Of a stretch of 64,000 nt of DNA, positions 55,557 through 64,000 are shown one piece after another. Origin of the DNA: an uncultured Clostridia bacterium (GTDB lineage Bacteria > Bacillota > Clostridia > Lachnospirales > Lachnospiraceae); contig CAMOSC010000001.1 of NCBI GenBank assembly GCA_946624325.1, positions 1,646 through 65,645 of the forward strand, written 5' to 3'. Position 1 is the first letter of the stretch; every line of letters begins with the position of its first letter. The notes under the pieces are model-generated. The model worked only from the letters and a program-made list of their open reading frames with translations, was not told the DNA's origin and ran no database searches. The translations under genes and the position numbers were made by a program.

Positions 55557-55812
55557 ACAAGACTCCTCCGTCCTGCGAAAACTCCAGTATCAGATGCGCA
55601 TTATTCCGGATCAGTTCCTGAAAGAAAGCCATTTCACTTTCTGTGTATCCGTTAATGTTTTCCCATTTATACTGCGGAAGCCAGCAAACTGCACTATGAA
55701 AGCCTCCGTTGTCATCCGGAGTCTCGATATACACTTTAACAGTTCCATCCTCCTGCATCTCTGAATGTGTAATCTCTGTATCATCATTCAAAGTCAAATA
55801 CGGATACATCAT
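55540..55812 (-). CDS. Conserved-looking 90-aa hypothetical protein of a type recalled next to DUF4160 genes
   Basis: MMYPYLTL.D.TEI.HS...VKVYIE.P...F..A.C.LP.Y.W...AHLI.EFSQ.GG; RBS GGAGG; lower GC than its neighbours. Confidence 0.7.
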   Translation of the reverse strand: MMYPYLTLNDDTEITHSEMQEDGTVKVYIETPDDNGGFHSAVCWLPQYKWENINGYTESEMAFFQELIRNNAHLILEFSQDGGVLYAARA

Positions 55813-55929
55813 CCTGGATCCCTCCTCCCGGCGCTTTCTCTTTATTACCGGTTCTATTATAGTTCAAAGCCTGACAAATCACACCCCCCGAAACCCGTAT
55901 GTGTTCTGTCCGCTCTGATCAGCTGCTGT

Positions 55930-57429
55930 TTATTTCACCCTGACAATCACCTGTCTGAAATAACTCAGACGGTGGCTGCCATCCGCCTGGGCCCGGGCGA
56001 TCACATGGATTTCGTCGCCCGGCTTTGCGGAACGCGGAACGACAAAGGAAAAGCCTTCTCCCTCCGCAGCCGGACAGATTTCAACCGCACACGCTGCACT
56101 TGCCTCCCGGTAGATTTTCCAGCTCACCCGAACCTGAGTGACAGCGTCGCCGGATGCCGCCTCCACGTGCAGCGAAATCTCTTCTCCGGGGGCCGCGCAC
56201 AGGTCCAGCCCTTCCCTGACGGAAAGCTTCGGAGCCTTCTGCACCTTCGCGTCATCCGGCTCGGCACACCAGTCCACGCGGGAGGCAAAGCTTCTCTGGA
56301 TTTCCGCCACATACGGCCACATGGATTCCGTCTCCGTGATGTTTCCGTTCACATCGGTATAGGCGTCCTTTTCCACATCCCAGACATTCAGGTGCTTACC
56401 TTTGCTGTTATACTGATCCTTTACCCGCGCATAGCGTCCGGCAATTCCCCCGTATGAGAAATTCTCCAGCGTGCGGAAGCCCCAGTCAAAGAGCAGGAAA
56501 AATGTCGGGGAGTCACCCTCCGAAAGGAAGTCAAAGGGTACGGGCTTCTCACTGCCGCACATAAAGGCAGGTGGGTTTTCCATCAGCTCCCTGTTGGAAC
56601 CGAACTGCCCCGCAGGGCCCTCCCCTTCATAGACATTGCCGTCGCCCCAGGTGCAGTACCCTGCTGCGAGTGCGCTTTTTCCATTGAGGATCTCCCTCTT
56701 CATAAAATCCGCCCGCAGGGTATCCTTGCTCTCTCCCTCCGGCATCATGAACCAGGGATACGCATAACTGAACATCTGGAGCGTCTTGACAAACTGCATG
56801 CCGGGCCACTTTTCCGCAATATATTCCCTGTAGGTGGGATCCTGCTCGCCGCAGGCGGTCATGACAACCTTCTTTGTAATCTTTTCCTTCAGGGCATCCC
56901 AGCCCTCCGTTTCCGCATAAGCCTCCTCAATATCCTTCAGAGCCCTTGCGATGGTATTGGTGCCGCCCCAGACCTGCAGATACAGCGTGCGGGGATCATC
57001 ATCAAGGATTCGCTCTTTTATCAGTTCGGACCCTTCTGTCGGGGTTTCCATCTCACCTTCATAGCCGATATTGCCGATCTTCGTAATACTGCGGAGATAC
57101 TCCGGCGAGGGGAATCCCTCCGCATGCCTCGACAGATTCGGATAATCCTTCTCATAGTCGTCGATCACACGGAACATCCAGTCCGTTCCCGGCCACCGGT
57201 AGGCTTTATCAAACGGCTCCGTCTGCATGTCCTGACCGAACTCGTAAATGCTGCGGGCGCGCTCCTGACGCACCGCCCCCGGCACACCCTGCCAGTGAAA
57301 CCTGGAGGAAGTCTGGACTATGCCCTGCAGCTCCACTTCGTTGGCATACAGCAGGAAATGCCGCAGGGAATTCTGATCGTCCACCTCGGCATCCTGTGTG
57401 ATTATTGTACGAATTTTCTGTTTTTCCAT
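55930..57429 (-). CDS. DUF1593 / nucleoside-hydrolase-like protein
   Basis: RTIITQDAEVDDQNS, LLYANE, YPNL, WGG.NT.A.AL, EGDSPTF, C-terminal Ig-like domain. Confidence 0.8.
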   Translation of the reverse strand: MEKQKIRTIITQDAEVDDQNSLRHFLLYANEVELQGIVQTSSRFHWQGVPGAVRQERARSIYEFGQDMQTEPFDKAYRWPGTDWMFRVIDDYEKDYPNLSRHAEGFPSPEYLRSITKIGNIGYEGEMETPTEGSELIKERILDDDPRTLYLQVWGGTNTIARALKDIEEAYAETEGWDALKEKITKKVVMTACGEQDPTYREYIAEKWPGMQFVKTLQMFSYAYPWFMMPEGESKDTLRADFMKREILNGKSALAAGYCTWGDGNVYEGEGPAGQFGSNRELMENPPAFMCGSEKPVPFDFLSEGDSPTFFLLFDWGFRTLENFSYGGIAGRYARVKDQYNSKGKHLNVWDVEKDAYTDVNGNITETESMWPYVAEIQRSFASRVDWCAEPDDAKVQKAPKLSVREGLDLCAAPGEEISLHVEAASGDAVTQVRVSWKIYREASAACAVEICPAAEGEGFSFVVPRSAKPGDEIHVIARAQADGSHRLSYFRQVIVRVK

Positions 57430-57600
57430 AAAAATCCTTTCTCCTCATCCTAAATTACCCTTTGGGATGCATTTCCCGGCGCTCTTCCCGTCCGATCGCG
57501 GCAGGCTGATACGGTCGGGAAAACCGGTAAAGCCCCGGGACATACCGTCCCGGAGCCTCGTAACCTTAATCTATAGATTCATACCGTCACAGTGCTGCCA

Positions 57601-59097
57601 TTATTCCTGGCCCTGAGCCTCAACCCACGCATCAAGCTCCTTCTGGTTCTCTTCGATAATCTCGTTGATGCCGGCAGCCTCCAGCGCGCTTATGAACTGC
57701 GGAAGTACGGTTTCCGGATCCACAACGCCGCACTCCAAGGAGGTGCGATAGGTGGTGATAACATCATTTACGGCTGCATATTGGGTCTTAACAACCTCCG
57801 GATTGAAGGCGTAGCCGAAATATTTTGTCGTATTGCTCTCATTGATCTCGGCATTGTAAGCCGTAAGCTCGTCCTTGTATTCTACCGGCTGGTCGGACCA
57901 TACATTTCTGCCCGCAACATCACCGTAAAGTCCGAACCACTGATGGAAGCCTACGGTCTGGGCGTTTTCGCCCTCGAGATAATCAAAGCGTCCGTCATCG
58001 AGTTTTCTGTAATCGAGGCCCTCGATTCCATAGTAAAGAAGGTTGATGACATCAATATTGCCGTAGGTCAGATCCAGGAATTTCATGGCTGCCTCGGGAT
58101 CGGTGCAGGTATAGGGGATGGACCAGGTCTGGGTGGCGACATCGCCCTGAACCAGGTAATGATCTCTCGTGTCGATACCAACCATTTCAACGCCGTTTGC
58201 GATTCCCTGCCCGCGAACCATACCGGGGTTTGTGTAAAGGAAATAACCCATAGCGCTTCCGGTAGAAACAAAGCTCTGGTTGGATTCCGTGCAGGTAGCG
58301 GCATCCTGGTTGATGTAACCCGCCTGATACCACTCATGCATGGTACGGACAAATTCTGCGTACTCTTCCGTAGCGAATACATTCACGATCTCGCTGCCCT
58401 CGCCTTCGCCGATACCCAGAATTCCGCCGCAGGCCGCATCCGCACCGAGATAATCAACCGGCTGGAAGTATTCCCAGTTTGTAACATTTCCCGCGCCGCC
58501 GGACATCTGAACCAGGGTCTTATCCGGGAATGCTTCGTGGGCCTGTGCCAGGAAATCGGTCATCTCCTCGAGGCTGACACCGCTCCACTTGTCCCAGCCG
58601 ACCGCATCCGTGGCAGCCTTATCGATAATCAGGCCGTAGGTTCTTCCTGCCTGCTCAACGGAAGGTATACCGTAGAGCGTCTCTCCCACATAGCCGCCGC
58701 CGAGCATATTGCCGGCAACCTCTTTGATATTCGCTCCGTACTCCTCTACCAGCTCATCGAGCTCAAGAAGCATATTCTTATTGACCAGGGAAAGCATATC
58801 GCTTCTGCCCATGGCGACAATCAGGTCCAGCTGGTCGCCGGAGGAGATCATCAGGCCTACCTGCTGGGCCGCATCCATGAAGCCCAGGGGATAGAGCTCT
58901 ACTTCAACATTGATTTCCGGTATAGTGATTTCATTCAGGGCATCCTCAACGGCCTGCAGGTCGCGGGGCACCTGGTCGAAATACAGGCACTCCATCACGA
59001 TATGTGCCGGATCTTCATCGGCCGCGGCAGGAATTGCCGGGATAGAGGCTGCAAGGGCTGCAAGGGTCAGGCTGGAAGCAAGAACGCGCTTTTTCAT
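57601..59097 (-). CDS. Carbohydrate ABC transporter substrate-binding protein
   Basis: Signal peptide; I.SGD.LDL, LYGIP, WY.AGYI..D, YGIEG.DY, AAGI..II.E.QK.LD.W. Confidence 0.9.
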   Translation of the reverse strand: MKKRVLASSLTLAALAASIPAIPAAADEDPAHIVMECLYFDQVPRDLQAVEDALNEITIPEINVEVELYPLGFMDAAQQVGLMISSGDQLDLIVAMGRSDMLSLVNKNMLLELDELVEEYGANIKEVAGNMLGGGYVGETLYGIPSVEQAGRTYGLIIDKAATDAVGWDKWSGVSLEEMTDFLAQAHEAFPDKTLVQMSGGAGNVTNWEYFQPVDYLGADAACGGILGIGEGEGSEIVNVFATEEYAEFVRTMHEWYQAGYINQDAATCTESNQSFVSTGSAMGYFLYTNPGMVRGQGIANGVEMVGIDTRDHYLVQGDVATQTWSIPYTCTDPEAAMKFLDLTYGNIDVINLLYYGIEGLDYRKLDDGRFDYLEGENAQTVGFHQWFGLYGDVAGRNVWSDQPVEYKDELTAYNAEINESNTTKYFGYAFNPEVVKTQYAAVNDVITTYRTSLECGVVDPETVLPQFISALEAAGINEIIEENQKELDAWVEAQGQE

Positions 59098-59245
59098 GTT
59101 AAATCCTCCTTGGATTGTTACCCCGGGATTCCCGGAGTGCTTTCTATCAGGTTGGTCTCATTGTACCGGAGGATTCCTCTTTTTTGAATACCGAAAATCT
59201 ACCTGGCGTATATTCAATTTCCACCTGCTGCATCTGTCTCCGTTT

Positions 59246-60046
59246 TTATCTTCGGTTCTCGTCCGCATAGGCATTCGGGGACATGCCGTAGGTCTTCTTG
59301 AACATGTTCACGAAATTGGCGTAATTATCGTACCCCAGGGATTCGGCTATGGCGTAGGATTTGATATTTCCTTCCAGGATCAGCCGCGCGGCAAGCGCCA
59401 TCTTCTCCTTAATGATAAACTGGTTTACCGTATCTCCTGCCCGCTCCTTAAACACTTTGTTGAAATAGTTGGGGTTCAGCCCCGCCTCGTGGGAAAGGCC
59501 TGAAAGGGAGAGTTTCTCCGAGAGGTGGGAGCGGATATAGGCGATGGTCTCATCCACGATCTCTTCCGTGGAGAGAGCTGTCTTTTCATGCCTTTTGCCC
59601 TCCTGCTCCCGCTCACTCAGCCACCGCCGTCCATACTCGGAGATCTGCTTTTCCTCTTCATCCAGCTGGCTTTTCCCGATCATGCGCAGGATCAGGCTCT
59701 CCACCTCCTCGTGCGCCGCCGGTTTTAAGAGATAGTCAAAGGACCCCAGGCGAAGGGCATGCTGCGCGTAATTAAAGGAAGCATGACAGGTGAGGAAAGC
59801 ACAGGGCAGGGATTCACTGACCTCTGTCCGGATCCATTCCAGCAGGTCAATACCGCTCTCCCCGGGCATCTCCACATCGATCAGTACCAGGTCGGGCGTC
59901 TCCGTCTCGAATACCTTTCTGGCCTGGGCGGCGGAGCCAGCCTCCAGAATCCGGTCAATCCCAATAGCTTCCCACTGGATGCCTTTTATCAGGGCTTTTC
60001 TTGTCAGGTTTTCATCGTCCACAATCAGAATCGTATAGTTTTCCAT
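59246..60046 (-). CDS. Two-component response regulator (receiver + AraC HTH, YesN-like)
   Basis: LIVDDE, DVEMPGE.G, DYLLKP; C-terminal AraC HTH. Confidence 0.93.
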   Translation of the reverse strand: MENYTILIVDDENLTRKALIKGIQWEAIGIDRILEAGSAAQARKVFETETPDLVLIDVEMPGESGIDLLEWIRTEVSESLPCAFLTCHASFNYAQHALRLGSFDYLLKPAAHEEVESLILRMIGKSQLDEEEKQISEYGRRWLSEREQEGKRHEKTALSTEEIVDETIAYIRSHLSEKLSLSGLSHEAGLNPNYFNKVFKERAGDTVNQFIIKEKMALAARLILEGNIKSYAIAESLGYDNYANFVNMFKKTYGMSPNAYADENRR

Positions 60047-60200
60047 TATCAGGCCCTTCTGTAATTATTCCTTGCCCAAACGCTCCGTTTTTTCATTGGA
60101 TTACGGGGAAAAGCTGATTCAGTCAGCATTTCCCAAGTTGTCGAACTGCTCTGAAAGCTTTCATTCAGAATGGAGCCCGCCATCGGCCCGGCATTTGAAG

Positions 60201-61917
60201 TTACTTGGTCATGGTGCAATCCTCCGCCGCAAGCGGCAGCATAATTCGCACCGTCGTGCCCTCGGTCAGCACCGACCGCACATCCAGCCTGCAGTCCTCC
60301 CCGCAAAGCCTTTTCAGCCTGTATGCGGAATTGAAGATACCGATATGGGTTCCGTCCTCCTTCTCGATGGGTTTTTCTTCGCGGATCTTTTCCAGGATTT
60401 CCTCCTCCATACCGGGACCATCGTCCGCTATAGTCATCACCACGTACGAATCTTCCTTCCGTAGGCTCAGGCCGATCTGTATGTAATTCCCTTCACTGAC
60501 CGCATACTTGAAAATATTCTCCACAAAATTCTGCACAATCAACGGCGGGATCCGGTACTCCAGCAGGCTTTCATCGATATCCCGCTCCACGCCGAAGCAG
60601 TCCAGGAAGCGCTCATCCATGAGTTCCAGATAATCATCCACCAGTGCAAGCTCGCTGCGAAATGTGGCAATGCGCTCGCTGCGGAAGAGATGACGGAAAA
60701 ATTTGGTCAGGTACCGGCTGCTCTTCTTTATACCGGTGTAATCCTCCAGCTCGGCCATGCTGTAGATCTGGTTAAAAAAATTCAGCAGGAAATGCGGACG
60801 GATCTGGAGCAGGAGGTTTTGCAGCATCATCCGCTCCCGCTCCAGCTGCTCCTCATAGCTCTTTATGCGCAGGGTCTGGATTTCCCCCCGCCATGGTATT
60901 GAAGGATTCCCGCATGCCCATAAATTCCCTGGAGCTTTTAAATTCCGGAATGCGGTAATCCTGATGACCGCTTCCCAGCTGCCATATGCCTTCCTCGATC
61001 CTGCGCATGGGACGGACAATCATCCACATAAAACAGAAAATCAGAATGATGGGGAAGAGCAGGAAAAATACCGAACCGCCGATCAAAATCAGCCGGGAGA
61101 TATCGGGCATGGCGTTGTTTATCTCATCCCTGTCCAGCCGGATGACCACATACTGTTTTGTCCCGTGCACCTCCCCGGAAACGGCAGGCGCCTTGTCTGC
61201 AGCAGACTTAAAGCGGTATTCCAGGCTAATCTCTACCTGCTTATACGGGATCTGCTCCCGGACGGAAGACATAAATGCCTCAATATCCACCAAGGCGCCC
61301 AGGTAGACACCTGCATAGCCGACCGTGTGAAACAGGCAGGGAACCCCGTTAATTTCGTTGATATTCCAGCGAAGGGTCTGGCGTATATAATATGAATGCT
61401 TCATACTATCCTGAAGCGACCGTTTCTCTGTCGAGGTCAGGAAGCGGTTTACCAGAAGCAGCTCGTCTTCCGCTTCGAGATACAGATAGTAGGCTTCCGG
61501 ATAAACGGAAATCCCATTGTCCGTGATCAGCCTTCTGTTGATGGAGAAAAGGGCCAGCCGATCCTCATCCGTCCCCTGCCACCTGAGAAGCCGCGCGTAA
61601 TCCGTATTGTTTTCCTGCAGATCATAAAAATAGCGGTCAATCCTTGCAAGCTCCAGATCCAGACGGGTCAGATTCGTCTGCAGGATTGAGCCGACATTAC
61701 GCTCTGCCTGTTCTGTCAGCGACTGAAAATACGCCCTTGCAGAGATCAGGAGCAGAATATAGACAGGCGCCATCACTGCCAGAAAAATCAGGACGATCCG
61801 TACCGCAATGCTGCTCATGCCGGGAAAGACTTTTCTTTTTTTTGTCCGAAGGGCGGACCGGTCCTCCTGCCCGCTTAAATCCTGCTTTTCTTCCGCAGCC
61901 GGTGTCTGTTTTGCCAT
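60201..61917 (-). pseudogene. YesM-like sensor histidine kinase split by a frameshift
   Basis: TM-sensor-TM-HAMP in one frame; QIRPHFLLN, QNFVEN, DDGPG, IGIFN in another; the frames join if one G is removed from the G6 run at 60884-60889. Confidence 0.85.
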
Positions 61918-62029
61918 CTTCCGTCTCCCGATTATATGCGCCTGACTCTGTACAGTTTTACGTGGATTTCAGCCAGTTGAATCCATGTTTCCTCACCGAT
62001 TCGCGCCTGACCCTCTGCAATATTTCTCC

Positions 62030-62184
62030 GTAATTGTTCAGACCCAGACTCCTGAAATGGCATAAACCAGCCATTTCAGGAGCTGCGGCGTTCTCGCCAG
62101 ATGCAGATTTACAGGAAAAGGGAGATTTCCGCCAGCGCAAATCTCCCTTTTCCTGCAAATCTGCGCCTGGCTCTGAACAATTCC
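62030..62184 (-). mobile_element. MITE-like repeat family A, full divergent copy
   Basis: GTAATTGTTCAGACCCAG...CTGGCTCTGAACAATTCC with both internal hairpins intact; further fragments at 61937-62000. Confidence 0.85.
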
Positions 62185-62492
62185 ATTTTAATAAAAATGT
62201 GATTTTCTGTCAATGGCTGCAGCCATGCGGCAACGTTTATTCCGGCAAAACAGGTTTTTTGCCATGCCTGTACCATGAAGGCGGATTCCGGTTCATCCGG
62301 ACGGCGCAGTTGAGAATATTCCATATAATATGCCTGTTTTATACATTCCAATTATTTTCCGCTTTGCTATACTCTCCTAAGTGCATTTTTGTCGTCTTCA
62401 AGGTGCGGAAACGTTTATATTTCCTGCCTTTTTGTCAATTCCGGGGCCTGCCGCTGAATCGTTTCATAATTTGCATCCGGCGGGCTTTTGCC

Positions 62493-63358
62493 ATGGAAAA
62501 CATCCTGGTCTTCATCTTCGCGCTGATCATGGTCTTCACCGTAAATGTGCGCCTGGCCCTCTGCATGATCGTGGTGCTGCCCTTTACCCTGGCCGTAACC
62601 TTAAGCCAGAGGAAGCGCATCCGCCCCGCTTTCGCGAAGATCCGGGGCCGCTTTTCCAGCCTCAACGCCTTTGTCCAGGAAAACATTGCCGGCAACCGCG
62701 TGGTAAAGGCCTTCGCCAAGGAAGACTATGAGATGGAGAAGTTCACCCGGGAGAATGACGGCTACCGGGATGCCCAGCAGGGCGCTGCGGCAATCTGGAG
62801 CCGCTACATCCCCATGTTTGAGATCCTCTCCCAGTTTCTCAACATCATCCTCCTGATTGTCGGCGGCTACATGGTGGCGGACCAGATCCTGGTGCTGGAC
62901 AACGGAAGGCTGATCGAGCAGGGCACCCATGAGGAGCTGCTTGAAAAGCGCGGATTTTACGCGACGGTTTTCCATCACCAGTACGGTGAGTTCGACCGCT
63001 TCAAAGAACTGAGAGCCAACAAGGGAACCCCGGACGAGGGCGAATGGAGCCGTTCCGCCGGCCAACGCCAGCTGATTTCCTTCGCGAGAGCGCTGCTTGC
63101 CGATCCGAAGATCCTGATTCTGGACGAGGCCACCTCCGCATCGACACCGAGACCGAGCTGCTGCTGCAGAAGGGCCTGCAGGAGCTTTTAAAGGGCAGAA
63201 CCTCGTTTGTCATTGCCCACCGTCTCTCCACCATCAAAAATTCCAGCTGTATTCTCTATGTGGACCAGGGCAGCATCCTGGAGCAGGGCACCCACGACGA
63301 GCTCATGGAGAAGAGGGGCTGGTATTATGAGCTGTATAAGAGCCAGTATATGTTCTGA
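62493..63358 (+). pseudogene. Collapsed remnant of a two-gene ABC exporter operon
   Basis: TMD fragment (VQENIAGNRVVKAF) joined to ADQILVLDNG..EQGTHEELL, then SAGQRQLISFARALL..P.ILILDEATS, a frameshift, and IAHRLSTI..EQGTHDEL; no Walker A. Confidence 0.8.
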
Positions 63359-63384
63359 CTAAAGAACTGTGAGGTACATGTGTA

Positions 63385-64000
63385 ATGTTGAAGCGTTTGC
63401 ACGTTTCCAATCCGCTTCGTGTGCTCTATGACGAGGCCGGGCTTCCCACGGATATCCGCAGAAGCCTGAATTTTATCCTGCTCGGCAATATCTGCGGCAA
63501 TGTCCAGGGCATTATCTGCGGCGGACAGACCGCGGCCATGGTCGGCCTTGTCACCACCATGGGGGCAAACGACCTGACCTTCGCGATCCTCAACGCCATC
63601 CCCCAGGCGGCCGCGCTCCTGCAGATCCCCTTTTCCATGCTGGTCAACCGCACGCATCAGCGCAAAAAATACATGCTGACCCTGGGCGTTTTCTGCCGCC
63701 TGCTGTGGATCATCATCGGACTGATTCCGTTCCTGGTGCCGAAGGGAACCGTGAATTTCCAGCTCTACACGGTTATCTTCCTGGTGGGGATCTCCTCCGC
63801 CTGCGGTTCCGTCATCAACGTGTGCTGGTTCCCCTGGTTTTCCGACCTCGCGCCGATTTCCATCCGAAGCCGGTGGCTGTCGGTCCGCGACGTCATCATG
63901 GCGGTCGTCAACATTCTCGCGGGACTCGTGATCGCGGCGCTGCTGGACAACCTGCCGGCGGACATCAAGTATACGATTGTCTTTACCGTCGGCGGTATCA
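63385..64000 (+). CDS. MFS transporter, N-terminal part (runs off the right edge; not in the ORF track)
   Basis: Own translation MLKRLHVSNPLRVLYDEAG...MGANDLTFAILNAIPQAAALLQIP...RKKY...WFPWFSDLAP.SIRSRW, open to the end with multiple TM segments. Confidence 0.75.
   Translation, partial: MLKRLHVSNPLRVLYDEAGLPTDIRRSLNFILLGNICGNVQGIICGGQTAAMVGLVTTMGANDLTFAILNAIPQAAALLQIPFSMLVNRTHQRKKYMLTLGVFCRLLWIIIGLIPFLVPKGTVNFQLYTVIFLVGISSACGSVINVCWFPWFSDLAPISIRSRWLSVRDVIMAVVNILAGLVIAALLDNLPADIKYTIVFTVGGI

Noticed and set aside
11747-62184. Family A as integron attC sites
   Set aside because: Ends read GTT...AAC rather than RYYYAAC...GTTRRRY, copies occur in both orientations, 8-bp TSDs point to transposition, and no integrase is present

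Overview
GC-rich (mid-to-high 50s percent by eye) bacterial chromosome segment. Gene families suggest an anaerobic gut/rumen Clostridia such as Lachnospiraceae (inference). It holds about 50 mostly stand-alone genes, dominated by carbohydrate-active enzymes (heparinase II/III-like, GH2, GH43, CE2-like SGNH, GH89, a catalytically degenerate GH5, GH106-like, GH50-like, GH1). It also has ABC transporters, a sugar-ABC/two-component locus with a frameshifted kinase, a Y-family polymerase plus YolD-like gene, and several gene remnants. No rRNA, tRNA, CRISPR array, transposase or integrase was seen. The intergenic DNA is densely filled by at least five families of short structured repeats. The main one is a ~155-bp MITE-like element with 8-bp target-site duplications. 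Its stems vary in sequence between copies while staying complementary, and it sits mostly in 5' leaders. A 14-bp hairpin unit occurs at CC^TGC junctions inside two unrelated repeat families, in 1-4 tandem copies. The best protein-level leads are a ParB/Srx-fold + cytosolic BMP-domain fusion coupled to a metallophosphoesterase, and a preQ1-type riboswitch apparently controlling a VUT transporter plus an SDR of unknown role. All family calls come from motif recognition by eye; no database search was run.
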